In this document: positions 1-10,392 of the stretch, in pieces
How positions within the stretch are numbered: the first letter of the stretch is position 1
Layout of the letters: each line of letters begins with the position of its first letter
Source: Acidimicrobiia bacterium
Lineage (GTDB): Bacteria; Actinomycetota; Acidimicrobiia; Spongiisociales; Spongiisociaceae
Assembly: GCA_041576165.1 (NCBI GenBank)
Contig: JBFGLM010000001.1
Location: forward strand, 1-64,000
DNA length: 64,000 nt
Direction of reading: 5' to 3'
The notes under the pieces: model-generated
Database searches by the model: none
Told to the model about the DNA's origin: nothing
The model's input: only the letters and a program-made list of their open reading frames with translations
Program-made: the position numbers and the translations under genes

Positions 1-140
1 AATGTGATGCCCTTGATGTGGGCGCTGGTATCCGGGACGTCGTTGAAGACCGTCTGGGCCAGCGCCACCGCCGGGACCGCCAGAGCCGCGGCCACGGCTA
101 TGACCAACGCAAGTCGTTTGGGTATGGAGATTTCGATCAT
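1..140 (-). CDS. Secreted S-layer-homology (SLH)-type protein, N-terminal fragment (runs off the window start)
   Basis: Manual translation MIEISIPKRLALVIAVAAALAVPAVALAQTVFNDVPDTSAHIKGIT: signal peptide followed by an 'F-x-D-V-P...H...I' SLH-like start; GGGAGG RBS upstream of ATG at 140. Confidence 0.65.
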   Translation of the reverse strand, partial: MIEISIPKRLALVIAVAAALAVPAVALAQTVFNDVPDTSAHIKGIT

Positions 141-231
141 GTGGATGCCTCCCCTGCGAAGCGGCAAGACATGTGCCCTGCCGAGCCGCAAACTACCCGC
201 CGGGACCGCCCAACCGGTGGATCAAGCCTGC

Positions 232-1266
232 TCAGGCGAAGAACGCCGCCGCAGCATCGTAGACGGATCGGTCGAGTGGACGGGGGTGCCGGCAGGCATC
301 GGCAATGGGTACCGCCCCGATCGATTCGCCCTTGAGGGCAACCATCACCCCGCGGGCGCCATCGCACGCCAGCTCGGCGGCGCGCAAGCCCAACCGGGTG
401 CCGAGGACGCGATCGAATGCGGACGGTGTCCCCCCACGCTGGATGTAGCCGAGGACGGTGACCCGCGCCTCGTAGCCGGTCAGTTCCTCGAGGATCGGGG
501 CGATGGCGTACGAAACGCCGCCCAGACGGCTGAAGCCAAACGCGTCCTCCCGCTCGTCCGGTACGGACGCGCCGGGCGGAGGGTCAACCCCCTCGGCCAC
601 CACCACCAGCGAGTAGGGAGCGCCGCCATCATGGCGGCGGCGCAGGGCGGCGGCGACGTCATCGAGGTCGTAGGGCACTTCGGGTACCAGGATCATATCG
701 GCGCCCCCGGCCATCCCCGCCGTGGCGGCGATCCAACCGGCCGTGCGTCCCATGACCTCCAGCAGCATGATGCGATTGTGAGATTCCGCTGTGGTGGTGA
801 GGCGGTCGATGGCGTCGGTTGCTATTTGCACCGCAGTGTGGAAACCAAATGTGACGTCGGTGCCGCCGATGTCGTTGTCGATGGTCTTGGGCACTCCGAC
901 CACCTGAACCCCCTCGTCGCTCAGCCGGGTAGCCGTTCGCAGTGTTCCGTCTCCGCCGATCACGATCAGCGCCCCGATATCGTGCTGATCGAGCGTCGGC
1001 TGGATCGTTGAGCGGCCCTCGCCATGGATATAGGGGTCGCGGCGCGACGTTCCCAGGATGGTGCCGCCCCGATTCAGGATGCCCCGAACCGCGTCACGGT
1101 CGAGCGGTGTGGTTTCGTTCTCCATCAGGCCGTGCCAGCCATTACGGATGCCAACCACCTCTCGCCCGGCCCCGAGCGAGCCGACGGTGACCGCTCTGAT
1201 CACCGCGTTCAGGCCGGGGCAGTCGCCGCCGGCGGTGAGTACCGCGATCCGTTCGCCCGGGTTCAT
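232..1266 (-). CDS. pfkA: 6-phosphofructokinase (group III, probably ATP-dependent)
   Basis: GGDCPGLN, GGTILG, GGDGT, PKTIDND, EVMGR and LGYIQRGG motifs; start overlaps the stop of upstream ldhA. Confidence 0.95.
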   Translation of the reverse strand: MNPGERIAVLTAGGDCPGLNAVIRAVTVGSLGAGREVVGIRNGWHGLMENETTPLDRDAVRGILNRGGTILGTSRRDPYIHGEGRSTIQPTLDQHDIGALIVIGGDGTLRTATRLSDEGVQVVGVPKTIDNDIGGTDVTFGFHTAVQIATDAIDRLTTTAESHNRIMLLEVMGRTAGWIAATAGMAGGADMILVPEVPYDLDDVAAALRRRHDGGAPYSLVVVAEGVDPPPGASVPDEREDAFGFSRLGGVSYAIAPILEELTGYEARVTVLGYIQRGGTPSAFDRVLGTRLGLRAAELACDGARGVMVALKGESIGAVPIADACRHPRPLDRSVYDAAAAFFA

Positions 1267-2270
1267 GCCGTCGTTTTCTGCGGCTCGACGCCCGGCACCC
1301 ACGCTGCGGCCTCACCGGTTTCGACTGCCGTGAGATTCGAGATTGTGGTCTCAGCGATGCTGTCCAACGCTTCGCGCGTGAAGAAGCCCTGATGACCGGT
1401 TATCAGCACGTTGGGGAACGTGAGCAGACGGCTGAATACGTCGTCCTGGATCACCTGGTTCGACAGATCCTCGAAGAACAGGTCGGCCTCTTCCTCGTAG
1501 ACGTCGAGCCCCAGATAGCCCAGCCGGCCGGACTTGAGCGCGGCAATGGCTGCGGCCGTGTCCACCAGCGCTCCCCGGCTGGTGTTGATCAGCATGACCC
1601 CCGGCCGCATTCGGCCCAACGCCGATGCGTCGATCAGGTGGTGCGTCTCCGGCGTGAGCGGGCAGTGCAGAGAGATGATGTCGCTGGATTCCAGGAGTTC
1701 GGGCAGGTCGACGTACTGTGCGACCCCGGCCAGCTCATCGTTCCAGGCCGGGTCGGACGCCAGCACCGTGCATCCAAAGCCGGCCATTATCCGGCTGAAC
1801 ACCGCTCCGATGGTGCCGGTACCGACCACACCCACAGTCTTCCCGGCGAGGTCGAATCCCAACAGCCCGTCGAGGGCGAAGTTCCCTTCCCGGACCCGAT
1901 TGAACGCCCGATGGTATTGCCGGTTGAGCGCCAGGATCATGCCGACCGCATGTTCGGCTACGGCATGAGGGGAATAGGCGGGCACCCGAGAGGCCGTCAA
2001 GCCGTGCTCAGCAGCGGCTGCGCGATCGAGATGGTTGAACCCGGCGGAGCGCAGCGCGATGTGGCGCACTCCGACCTCGGCCAGCCGCGCCACACATTCG
2101 CGGTCGAGAACGTCATTGACGAACGCGCAGACAGCACCGTGGCCGGCAGCCAGTCCGGCGGTGTCGGCCGTCAACCGCGTTTCGAAGAACGTCAGGTCAT
2201 GACGCGCCTGATTGGCGCTTGCCAGCGCGCTGCGGTCGTAGCGCTTGATGCTGAAGATGGCCACTCGCAT
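1263..2270 (-). CDS. ldhA: D-lactate dehydrogenase / D-2-hydroxyacid dehydrogenase
   Basis: RSAGFNH, VPAYSPHAVAEH, GTGTIG, LHCPLT, INTSRG, DVYEEE and TGHQGF motifs. Confidence 0.9.
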   Translation of the reverse strand: MRVAIFSIKRYDRSALASANQARHDLTFFETRLTADTAGLAAGHGAVCAFVNDVLDRECVARLAEVGVRHIALRSAGFNHLDRAAAAEHGLTASRVPAYSPHAVAEHAVGMILALNRQYHRAFNRVREGNFALDGLLGFDLAGKTVGVVGTGTIGAVFSRIMAGFGCTVLASDPAWNDELAGVAQYVDLPELLESSDIISLHCPLTPETHHLIDASALGRMRPGVMLINTSRGALVDTAAAIAALKSGRLGYLGLDVYEEEADLFFEDLSNQVIQDDVFSRLLTFPNVLITGHQGFFTREALDSIAETTISNLTAVETGEAAAWVPGVEPQKTTA

Positions 2271-2361
2271 GCTCCGGCTCCTGATCCGATTGACCTCGAT
2301 CCACGCTACACCGCCGGTATCACACTCCTGCCACCGGTCCCGACGGACGCGGGCCCGCCGG

Positions 2362-4890
2362 TCACACCGCGCCTTCCGGCTCGGGCACCGGGACCTCATG
2401 AGGGGCCACCGTCCGCCGCCGGTGCCATCGATCCCACAGCACCAACATCGAGGGAAGTACCAAAACCGCACCCGCGAGTGATAATCCGATCGTATACGCC
2501 GTGACGAGACCGAACTGCTGGAACGGGATGGTGGTCGATGTCACAAGGATTCCGAACCCGGCCATGGTGGTCACTGCCGAGCCGGCCAGCGCCCCGCCCG
2601 TGTGGGTGGTGGTCGAGCGTACCGCCTGCTCCGGCGTGGCGAAGCGCTGTTGATCTTCGAGGTAACGGCGGGTGATGTGGATGGTGTAGGGGATGCCGAT
2701 ACCGATGGCGAGCGCGGAGATCGTGGCCGTCACCGGACCGAATGGAATGCCGAGAGCGGCCATGATCGCCAGGCTCCACAACACCACCAGGATCACCGGC
2801 AAGGCGGTGATGACGCCCAGCAGCGGCCGCCGTCGCTCCAGTCCGAAGCTGACCACGAGCAGCAACGTCGCCACCACGAGTGTGATCGCCAGGGACGACA
2901 CCTGTGACTCGCGCAGCGAGTTGATGATCACATCGTTGATGATGTTGTTTGAGGTCACGATCGAGTCGAGGCCTGCGCCCGACACCGGGGCAAATGTCTC
3001 CGTGAGATCGGTCCTCAGCTGGCCCGCGGCCGCCTCACCGGCCGACGTGGTCAGGTCGAACAGGACGGCGTCGTACCCTCCGCCGGCCGCCTCATGCAAG
3101 ACGGCAGCCGCCTGCTCGGGCACCGCGGCAAACAACGAGTCGTACAGCGGCGTTACGTCCGCCGAGGCGACCGAGAGGTCGGGCCCGAGGCCTACTGCGC
3201 CGGCGGCCTGGCCGACCTCCGGTATGAAGGTGTCGCTGTCGGGATTGGCCAGCTGGGCGACCAGCGATACGGGCGAAGCGCCCACCGCGAGAGGCCCGTT
3301 GGGCGTCTCCGCGGCAACCACGTGCTCCACGTTGCCGGCAGCAAAGAAGCTCTGCGCCATGGCATTCCAGGCGTTGCCGGCCGTGACGTCACCCTCCACC
3401 AGTACCTGGGTCGATTCCCCCACCACGAAGAACTCGTCCAGCAGTGTTTCGGCCGTGTCGCGAATGGGCGACGTGGTCGGCACGAAATCGAGGAACGAGA
3501 ACGCAGTGCTGAGCTGCGTTACCCCGTATGCGCCCGCCCCACCGAGCAGCAGAGCGACGACCAGAGCTACGACCGGGGCCTTTTCCGCAATGACCGAGGT
3601 GCTTCCGATGATGCGCGGGAGCAACCTGCCTTCACCTCCTTCGAGGTTCTCTCTGGGAAGCCTGCCTCTGGAGTCGGCCCGACGGTCGAGCAGGGTGCGG
3701 ACGGCGGGAACGAAGGTCAGCATCAGCAGGAACGACGCAACTATGCCGACGGCCGAGAGAACACCGAAGCTCTGCAACGCGCTGATCTCGTTGGTCACGT
3801 TCGTGAGGAATCCCACGGCCGTCGTCAAGGTGGCCAGCACGAGCGAGATGCCGACGGTCCGGATGGCCAGGGAGATCGCGGCGTCTACCGACACGCCTCC
3901 CGAGACTTCTTCCCGGTAGCGGGTGGTGAGGTGGATCGAGTAGTCGACGCCCAGCCCGATCAGCAGGATCGGGATGATCTGGGTCATTGGGTTTGGTTCG
4001 TCGTAGAGCAGCTTCCAGAACCCCCACACCCACTGCAATGCCAGCACGATGGTGAACATGGTCAACGCCATGTCGGCCAGGGTGCGCCGGAGGCCCGTCC
4101 GGAACCCGCCAACCCAGAACACCAGGATGAGGACGATGATGATGATCAGGAAGGCGGTGCCAAACAGTCGCCCGACCTCCTGTTGGAATTCGTCCTGGGT
4201 CGAGAAGATGAGCTCGATGCTGAACGGCGCTACGTCGATTCCGTCCGGGAAGGACACCTGCTCGAGCTCTTCGGCCATGGTCGCGAGCCGCTCGACAAAC
4301 TCATCGAAGCCTTCCTCACCCGGATTCGAGAGAAAGGCGATGGCGAGCCCCTGGTCGACGCTCGCTGCGCTCAGATCGCTTTCCATCGGGAATAGAAAAT
4401 CGACAAAAAACGACTGGTCGGGTGGCAGCTCCGTCAGCGCCTGAGTGAAGGTCGCCTTGACGGCAGCATCGTCGGAGGGCGGCGGGGCGCCTTGAGCAAC
4501 CGCAGCCTGCACCGGGAACATGTAGCTCGTGAAAGAGGGCTGTTCCGGCGTGCTCGGCGCCAGGTCGCCCGCGATCGCACTCTGCTGCAAGAACTCGGCG
4601 AGCCGGTTCGTCGCGGCCAGTCCGTCGGCCGTGATGATGTCACCACCCTCCCCGCTCACCAGAAACTGCAGGGGCGTCTGCCCGCTGGCGTCACCGAAGA
4701 GGTCACCGACGCGTTCCGCCGCCAGCAGCTCGGGCGTGTCGGGGGCAAACGCCTCGTTCCCACCGCTCCCCTGATCGTTGAAGTCGGCGCCGTACGCACC
4801 CAACCCGAACGAGATGACGATCGCCGCAATGATCACCAGTATCGGGACCTTCTGCACGATGGTTGCGAGCGCGTTGACGAGCGTCCTCAT
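2362..4890 (-). CDS. MMPL/RND-family transporter
   Basis: Two TM bundles with two large extracytoplasmic loops; GLGVDYSIH and GIGIPYTIH motifs. Confidence 0.9.
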   Translation of the reverse strand: MRTLVNALATIVQKVPILVIIAAIVISFGLGAYGADFNDQGSGGNEAFAPDTPELLAAERVGDLFGDASGQTPLQFLVSGEGGDIITADGLAATNRLAEFLQQSAIAGDLAPSTPEQPSFTSYMFPVQAAVAQGAPPPSDDAAVKATFTQALTELPPDQSFFVDFLFPMESDLSAASVDQGLAIAFLSNPGEEGFDEFVERLATMAEELEQVSFPDGIDVAPFSIELIFSTQDEFQQEVGRLFGTAFLIIIIVLILVFWVGGFRTGLRRTLADMALTMFTIVLALQWVWGFWKLLYDEPNPMTQIIPILLIGLGVDYSIHLTTRYREEVSGGVSVDAAISLAIRTVGISLVLATLTTAVGFLTNVTNEISALQSFGVLSAVGIVASFLLMLTFVPAVRTLLDRRADSRGRLPRENLEGGEGRLLPRIIGSTSVIAEKAPVVALVVALLLGGAGAYGVTQLSTAFSFLDFVPTTSPIRDTAETLLDEFFVVGESTQVLVEGDVTAGNAWNAMAQSFFAAGNVEHVVAAETPNGPLAVGASPVSLVAQLANPDSDTFIPEVGQAAGAVGLGPDLSVASADVTPLYDSLFAAVPEQAAAVLHEAAGGGYDAVLFDLTTSAGEAAAGQLRTDLTETFAPVSGAGLDSIVTSNNIINDVIINSLRESQVSSLAITLVVATLLLVVSFGLERRRPLLGVITALPVILVVLWSLAIMAALGIPFGPVTATISALAIGIGIPYTIHITRRYLEDQQRFATPEQAVRSTTTHTGGALAGSAVTTMAGFGILVTSTTIPFQQFGLVTAYTIGLSLAGAVLVLPSMLVLWDRWHRRRTVAPHEVPVPEPEGAV

Positions 4891-5024
4891 GAGTCGACCC
4901 CTTGTCGGAAAAACGTCGACTGGCAAGGCTAGGCAAGTCCGGTGGCGACGTGAAATCAACCCCGCAGACCCGAGAACACGGTGTCCGGTCCCGTGCAAAA
5001 CTACGGCCCGGCCCAGGAGTGGAT

Positions 5025-5673
5025 GTGCTCCAGATCGTGGATCGCCACGGAGCGCTGGTAGGTGAGGAACCAGAGCTCTCCGACCAGGCCCTGCTCGAGA
5101 TGTACCGGCTGCTATTGCTCAGCCGGCAGTTCGACCGTAAAGCGCTCGCATTGCAGCGCCAGGGCCGGATCGGCACCTACGCCCCCGCCGAGGGGCAGGA
5201 GGCGGTGCCGGTAGGGTCTGGAGCTGCCCTGGGTCCTTAGGACTGGGTGTTTCCCAGTTACCGCGAGCCAGGATTGCAGATCGCACGCGGGGTGCCGCTG
5301 GCAACCATCTGGTCGTACCGGCGCGGTCTGCCCAATCAGGACCGGGATACACGCCGGTACCGAACCAACATCAACACCATTCCGATCGCCACCCACCTCC
5401 CGCATGCGGTTGGTCACGCCTACGCCTCACGGCTGGCCGGAGCGGATTCTGTGACCACTGTGTACTTGGGGGACGGTGCCACTTCCGAGAGCGATTTCCA
5501 CGCGGGCATGAACTGCGGCCACCGTGGGCGAGCAGGCCGTCTACGACCTCCGGGCACCGATCATCCGAGTCGCCGGATTCGACGCCCCCTGGCCTCAGTT
5601 CGCGGTGGAGCACGACGCAATGATCAGCCACGCCCGAGTGGCCGGCGGCATCACCCGGGCGATGGGCGGCTAA
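5025..5673 (+). pseudogene. pdhA: Collapsed pyruvate/2-oxoacid dehydrogenase E1 alpha (5' half, internal TAG) joined to the last ~52 codons of E1 beta
   Basis: LQRQGRIGTY...GQEA, then in-frame TAG at 5238-5240 (ALGP*DWVFPSYRE), then GDGATSESDFHAGMN; after ~5514 another frame reads AATVGEQAVYDLRAPIIRVAGFDAPWP...MGG*, the E1-beta C-terminus. Confidence 0.85.
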
Positions 5674-5694
5674 CGCCGCCGGATTCGGGCGGAC

Positions 5695-7023
5695 TCACCC
5701 CTGGGCGCCACCGGTGAAGTTCCACTCTGCCAAGCGTAATGAAGGCACATGAGCCAGGCCGGGCCCGAATTCGGCGTCGGCAAACCGCGCCTTTGACTCG
5801 ACGCCCAGCACGGACCCGGGCGCCAACGCCGCGGCGAAAGATTGGGTGAAGCGGAGGTTGGTGACCGCCCCCGCCACCTCGCCATTCTCGATGAGGAACG
5901 TGCCGTTGCGGGTGAGCCCGGTCACACCCAGCGTCCGCGGATCGAGCACACGGCAGTAGTTGAACTCCGTGACGAGTAGGCCGCGCCCTACTTCTGCAAT
6001 CAGTTCCTCGCGGCTGGTAGTTCCCGGGAGCAGAAACAGGTTGGTGGGGAACGCTCCAAAACCTGCTCCACCGGGAACGGCATGACCGGTGGACTCTGCA
6101 CCCATCCGGGCTGCAGTGCGGCGGTCGTGGGCCAGCGTGCGAGGAATGCCGGTATCAATGAGTTGCACCGGCCGCTTCGGCGTGCCTTCCGCGTCGAAGG
6201 CGACGCCCAGCGCGTCGGGGCGGGTGGCATCGTCGATCAGGCTGATCGCCGGGTCCAGCTGCTGGACGCCGGTCTCCACGAAGGAGCGCTGTTCGATTGC
6301 CGCCTGGGCGTTGAACCCGTACAACGCCAAGAACACGGCGATTGTCGCCACCGCGTTTGGCTCCAGCACCACTTCGTAGTGGCCCGGCTTCAGATCGACT
6401 GCGTCCAGGCTGCTCCGTGCCTTGTCCGCTGCGACCCGGCCGGCCGCCGCGCCGTCGATGTCGGTGATGCGCTGGGCCGTCTGATGGGCTTTTCCCGCCG
6501 AATGCGACGTCTGCTGTATGCCATCGAGGACGGCTCGGGTCGCCTGGCCCGCACAGCGTTGGCCCGCTGAGTTGGCAAAAGTGATCTGGCTGCCTTGGGT
6601 TTCGCAGTATCCGGCGCCGGCCATGCCGTCGCCGGGGTCGAGGAAGGTCCGAACGATGCTCGCCCGGGTTCCGGGATCGGCATCGGCGGTGGCGCCGTCA
6701 TGATGGTCGACCTGCGCCACTCCGGCCGCCGGGGCCATCCCGGGCCACATCGGATCGACCGGGCGGAGCGCAGCTGCCGCCAAGGCCTGTTCGGCGAGCT
6801 CATCGAGGGACGAATCCGACGTCCGGGTGGACGCGAGGGTGGCGGTGCGGCCGGCGATCGATACCGTCACCGAAACCCCGACTGCGTCTTCAGCGACGTT
6901 CTGGTGAATGAATGAGTTGGCGAATCGGGTGAGGCCGTGCGGCCCCCGGGACACACTGACTTGGGCCTCGGCCCTGCCGCCGATCCGCTCCAACAACCGC
7001 TCGCACAGGTCACGATCAGTCAT
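5695..7023 (-). CDS. TldD/PmbA family protein (PmbA/TldE-like partner)
   Basis: TRFANS, FDAEG, TGLTRNG and NLRF motifs; no HExxxH; coupled to the upstream tldD. Confidence 0.9.
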   Translation of the reverse strand: MTDRDLCERLLERIGGRAEAQVSVSRGPHGLTRFANSFIHQNVAEDAVGVSVTVSIAGRTATLASTRTSDSSLDELAEQALAAAALRPVDPMWPGMAPAAGVAQVDHHDGATADADPGTRASIVRTFLDPGDGMAGAGYCETQGSQITFANSAGQRCAGQATRAVLDGIQQTSHSAGKAHQTAQRITDIDGAAAGRVAADKARSSLDAVDLKPGHYEVVLEPNAVATIAVFLALYGFNAQAAIEQRSFVETGVQQLDPAISLIDDATRPDALGVAFDAEGTPKRPVQLIDTGIPRTLAHDRRTAARMGAESTGHAVPGGAGFGAFPTNLFLLPGTTSREELIAEVGRGLLVTEFNYCRVLDPRTLGVTGLTRNGTFLIENGEVAGAVTNLRFTQSFAAALAPGSVLGVESKARFADAEFGPGLAHVPSLRLAEWNFTGGAQG

Positions 7024-8459
7024 GTCGTCACCCCGATCCTCACATTGCGGAAGCGGGCCGGCCCCGCCGCGTGGCCCGTGTGTCCGACCTGCATAGGTTG
7101 TCCCTTCCCGCAGTTCGGCGTGCCCCAATGAGTGAACTCGGATGAACCAGCCAGCCGATCCATCGAGGCCCAGAACTCCGGAGTGATCCCCGTATAGGTG
7201 GGGTTCTTCAGCATGCGCCCCCGGCGCCCATTCTTGACCTCCCAGCCGATCTCACAGCCAAACTGGAAATTGAGCCGCTTGTCGTCGATCGACCACGACC
7301 GATTCGTCGCCATCAGCACCCCATCTTCGGTGTCGGCGATCATGTCATCCAGCGACGAGTCGCCGGGGAGCAAGCCGACGTTCGTCATCCGGACCATCGG
7401 CAGCCGGTTGTAGCCGTCGGCCCGCACCATGCCGCCGGGAGGTAGCCCGGCGAGCGCCGCGGAATCCCGGCCCGACAGAACTCCCACCCAGACGCCATCC
7501 CTCACGATGTCGACCCGCTGGGCCGGTGTTCCTTCATCGTCATAGCCGAAGGTGCCGAGCGCGCCAGGCAGGGTGGCGTCGGCGGTGATGTTCATCAGCT
7601 CCGACCCGTATCGCATTGAGCCGAGCCGGCCGAGGTCGAGAAACGACGTTCCCGCAAATGCCGCCTCCCAGCCAAGGATCCGGTCGAGTTCGATGGCGTG
7701 ACCGACCGACTCGTGGATCTGGAGGCCCAGCTGGCTCCCCTCCAGGATCAGCGTCCGTTCGCCCTCTGGGCATTGCTCGGCCTCCAGCAGCGCGATCGCC
7801 TCACCAGCCACGCGTTCGGTGTGCTCCAGCAGTTCGAAGCTGCGAATGACTTCGTAGCCGCCGGTTTCGTACTGGCCAAAACTCTGCGGATACGAACGGA
7901 TGTGGGTCTCGCTCTCTCCGGCCGCCATCGCCGACATGCCGCCGCCGCTCTCCACGAGGTGCTGGTGGATTTGATGTCCCTGCGATGACACGAACCATTT
8001 GTTGGTGTCCCAGAAGTCGAGCCGCGCGGCCGCCACCACCACCGCCTCGGGCACGCCGAGCTGTTCTGTGGCCCGGACCAGCAGTTCGGTCTTCTCCTCG
8101 AGCGACACTTCAAACGGAGCTTCTTCGTGCGGCGTCTCGTAGGCGGCATCGGTGACGGGCACGTCTGCCAGCTCGAGTGGCGGTCCAGCCACCATGCCGG
8201 ACGCACGGGCGATCTCGGCCGCCTGCGCTCCTGCCGCCCGAGCCTCGGTTTCGGTCATGCCGTCCGTGGTGAAGAAGCCCCACGACGATCCCATCAGCGC
8301 GCGAACCCCGACGCCCGCTTGCTCAGCGGACGTGAGATTCTCAACCACTCCGTTCTTGGCGCTCAGGGATTCCGAACGCCGGATCAACGTCCGTGCATCT
8401 GCATAGGCGGCGCCGGCGGCAACCGCTCCCTCTACCGCTGCCCGGGCAACCTCGAACAC
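7020..8459 (-). CDS. tldD: TldD family metalloprotease
   Basis: HESVGH zinc motif, YDDEG, RMTN, NCGKGQP; GTG start at 8459 inferred. Confidence 0.9.
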   Translation of the reverse strand: MFEVARAAVEGAVAAGAAYADARTLIRRSESLSAKNGVVENLTSAEQAGVGVRALMGSSWGFFTTDGMTETEARAAGAQAAEIARASGMVAGPPLELADVPVTDAAYETPHEEAPFEVSLEEKTELLVRATEQLGVPEAVVVAAARLDFWDTNKWFVSSQGHQIHQHLVESGGGMSAMAAGESETHIRSYPQSFGQYETGGYEVIRSFELLEHTERVAGEAIALLEAEQCPEGERTLILEGSQLGLQIHESVGHAIELDRILGWEAAFAGTSFLDLGRLGSMRYGSELMNITADATLPGALGTFGYDDEGTPAQRVDIVRDGVWVGVLSGRDSAALAGLPPGGMVRADGYNRLPMVRMTNVGLLPGDSSLDDMIADTEDGVLMATNRSWSIDDKRLNFQFGCEIGWEVKNGRRGRMLKNPTYTGITPEFWASMDRLAGSSEFTHWGTPNCGKGQPMQVGHTGHAAGPARFRNVRIGVTT

Positions 8460-8531
8460 TCGAACCCTCTCGTTGCGGGAGCGGAATCCTATCCGGCGCC
8501 AAGCCGTCGTCAGACATCTATCGTCCGGCCT

Positions 8532-9071
8532 GTGAAACGACCAGTCGTGGCGGTATTTGGCTCCTCGGTCATCCGGCCGGGTGCGCCCGAATGGTCCGAG
8601 GCGCAACAGCTGGGGCGATTGCTCGGAGAGCGGGGGTTCGACGTGGCTACCGGCGGGTACGGCGGTGCGATGGAAGCCGTCTCGCAGGGCGCCTCAGAAC
8701 GGGGCGTGAACGTCATCGGCGTGACTGCGCCCGTGTTGTTTCCCCAGCGCCCGGGCGCCAACAGCTATGTCACCCACGAACGGCCGGCCGCATCGCTCAC
8801 CGCCCGGATCGAGGAGTTGCTGACGCTGTCGGTCGGAGCGGTGACCCTCCCCGGCAGCATCGGAACCTTGACCGAGTTCATGGTGGCGTGGAACGAACTG
8901 TTCATCCGAGCCATGGCCGACAAGCCGCGATTCCCGGTCGTGGCAGTGGGTGCCATGTGGGGGCGTTTGATCCCACGCATCGCGGATGAACTGGACACCG
9001 ATCTGTCGCTGGTCACGCTGGCATCGTCCGTCGACGACGCGGTCGTACACATCCAGCGCCAACTCGGCTGA
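8532..9071 (+). CDS. LOG family (Rossmann-fold nucleotide-binding) protein
   Basis: VAVFGSS, TGGYGGAMEA and LPGSIGTLTE motifs. Confidence 0.85.
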   Translation: MKRPVVAVFGSSVIRPGAPEWSEAQQLGRLLGERGFDVATGGYGGAMEAVSQGASERGVNVIGVTAPVLFPQRPGANSYVTHERPAASLTARIEELLTLSVGAVTLPGSIGTLTEFMVAWNELFIRAMADKPRFPVVAVGAMWGRLIPRIADELDTDLSLVTLASSVDDAVVHIQRQLG

Positions 9072-9220
9072 CCAGCTGAAGCAGCACAAAGTCTGGCACC
9101 GGCCGTTGGTCTGAGGTCGACCGCCGAGTGTCGAGACCCGCGCTGGCCCACCCCCGGCGCAGGCACCTCCCGGCCGAGCGCGTCAACTAACCGCGCCCGG
9201 TCTGCTAAACCGTCCAGCGC

Positions 9221-10087
9221 ATGACATCCAACAATGTGGAACTTGCCGCCGGCGGCGTCGTCTGGCGCAAGACCCAATCGTCCATCGAGATTCTCGTCGC
9301 GCACCGGCCCGCTTACGGCGACTGGGCGCTTCCCAAGGGCCGTCTTTCGAACGGCGAAACGCTCATTGAATGTGCGGCTCGCGAGGTCCGGGAAGAGACG
9401 GGACTCGACGTCGAGATTCGCCGGCGGCTGCCCGACATTGAGTACACCAAGCCGTCGGGACGTCCGAAGCGGGTCGCATACTGGGCGATGCGCCAGATCG
9501 GGGGCGACTTCATACCGAACGGTGAGGTTGACAAGATCCAATGGCTCAAACCGTCCAAGGCGCTTCCGGTGCTCAGTTACGAGCGCGACCGCGACTTCAT
9601 CCAGCAGTTGCCGGCCAAATGGACTCGGCGCCCCCGGCGGCTGATCCTGGTCCGGCATGCCGAAGCGGGCAAGCGGGGGGAATGGAAGAAGGACGATCGG
9701 GCGCGTCCGCTCACCAAGCAAGGACACCGACAAGCCGACGAGCTGGTGAACCGCTTCCGACCGTTCCGGGTGGACCGCATTGTGTCCAGCCCCGCGACCC
9801 GGTGCCTCCAGACCGTCGAACCCTTGGCCGCGGCACGGTCACTTGACGTCGTGGCCGACGATGATCTGTGGGAAGAGGCAAGCGCCGGCGCCACCCGGCG
9901 GCTGCTCAAGAACCTCAGCAAGGGCTGCACGGTGATGTGTAGTCACCGGCCGATCGTCGAGCGTATGCTCGACGGCTTCGGGATCGAGCGGCCCGGGCAA
10001 AAGGTGAGTCCCAAAGGGGCGTGGTGGATCATCGACGTTTGTGATGGTCGTGCGCAGGATCATCACTTCCTGCTCCCGTCCCCCTGA
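9221..10087 (+). CDS. NUDIX hydrolase-histidine phosphatase fusion (MutT1-like)
   Basis: Nudix box PKG...AAREVREETG followed by LVRHA...RPL...SSP..RC phosphatase domain. Confidence 0.9.
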   Translation: MTSNNVELAAGGVVWRKTQSSIEILVAHRPAYGDWALPKGRLSNGETLIECAAREVREETGLDVEIRRRLPDIEYTKPSGRPKRVAYWAMRQIGGDFIPNGEVDKIQWLKPSKALPVLSYERDRDFIQQLPAKWTRRPRRLILVRHAEAGKRGEWKKDDRARPLTKQGHRQADELVNRFRPFRVDRIVSSPATRCLQTVEPLAAARSLDVVADDDLWEEASAGATRRLLKNLSKGCTVMCSHRPIVERMLDGFGIERPGQKVSPKGAWWIIDVCDGRAQDHHFLLPSP

Positions 10088-10207
10088 ACACTGTGAGCTG
10101 GTGGCATAGGTCGCTCGGCCTGGATGCTGACTAGCTAGGACTTGATTGCCCACGATGAAGATAACTGGGGAGTCCAATTCCATACGATGAGACGAGACAG
10201 GGATCTA

Positions 10208-10388
10208 CCGATCCTTCGGCTCGTCACCAGAGCGGCCGGATGCCACATCCGGCCCGCAGCAGGTAGGTGAACTCAGCGGTCATCAACCGATGGCGCAAGA
10301 GGCGGGCCGCCGCCCGAGGTATCGGGTGAGCCAGGGAAGCCGGTGCCAGCGGGCCGGCGCTGCGACATCAGGGAGTCGCAAAGGAGGT
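10208..10388 (+). promoter_or_regulatory. Candidate structured 5' leader RNA upstream of the LPxTG protein
   Basis: Nested pairings 10208-10217/10316-10325 and 10218-10225/10301-10308, hairpin GCCGGATG/CATCCGGC, hairpin TGCGAC/GTCGCA immediately before the AGGAGG RBS. Confidence 0.45.
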
Positions 10389-10392
10389 TCGT

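Noticed and set aside
5238-5240. Recoded TAG (pyrrolysine/readthrough) in pdhA
   Set aside because: The gene is also truncated by deletion, other genes here use TAG as a normal stop, and no pyl genes are present
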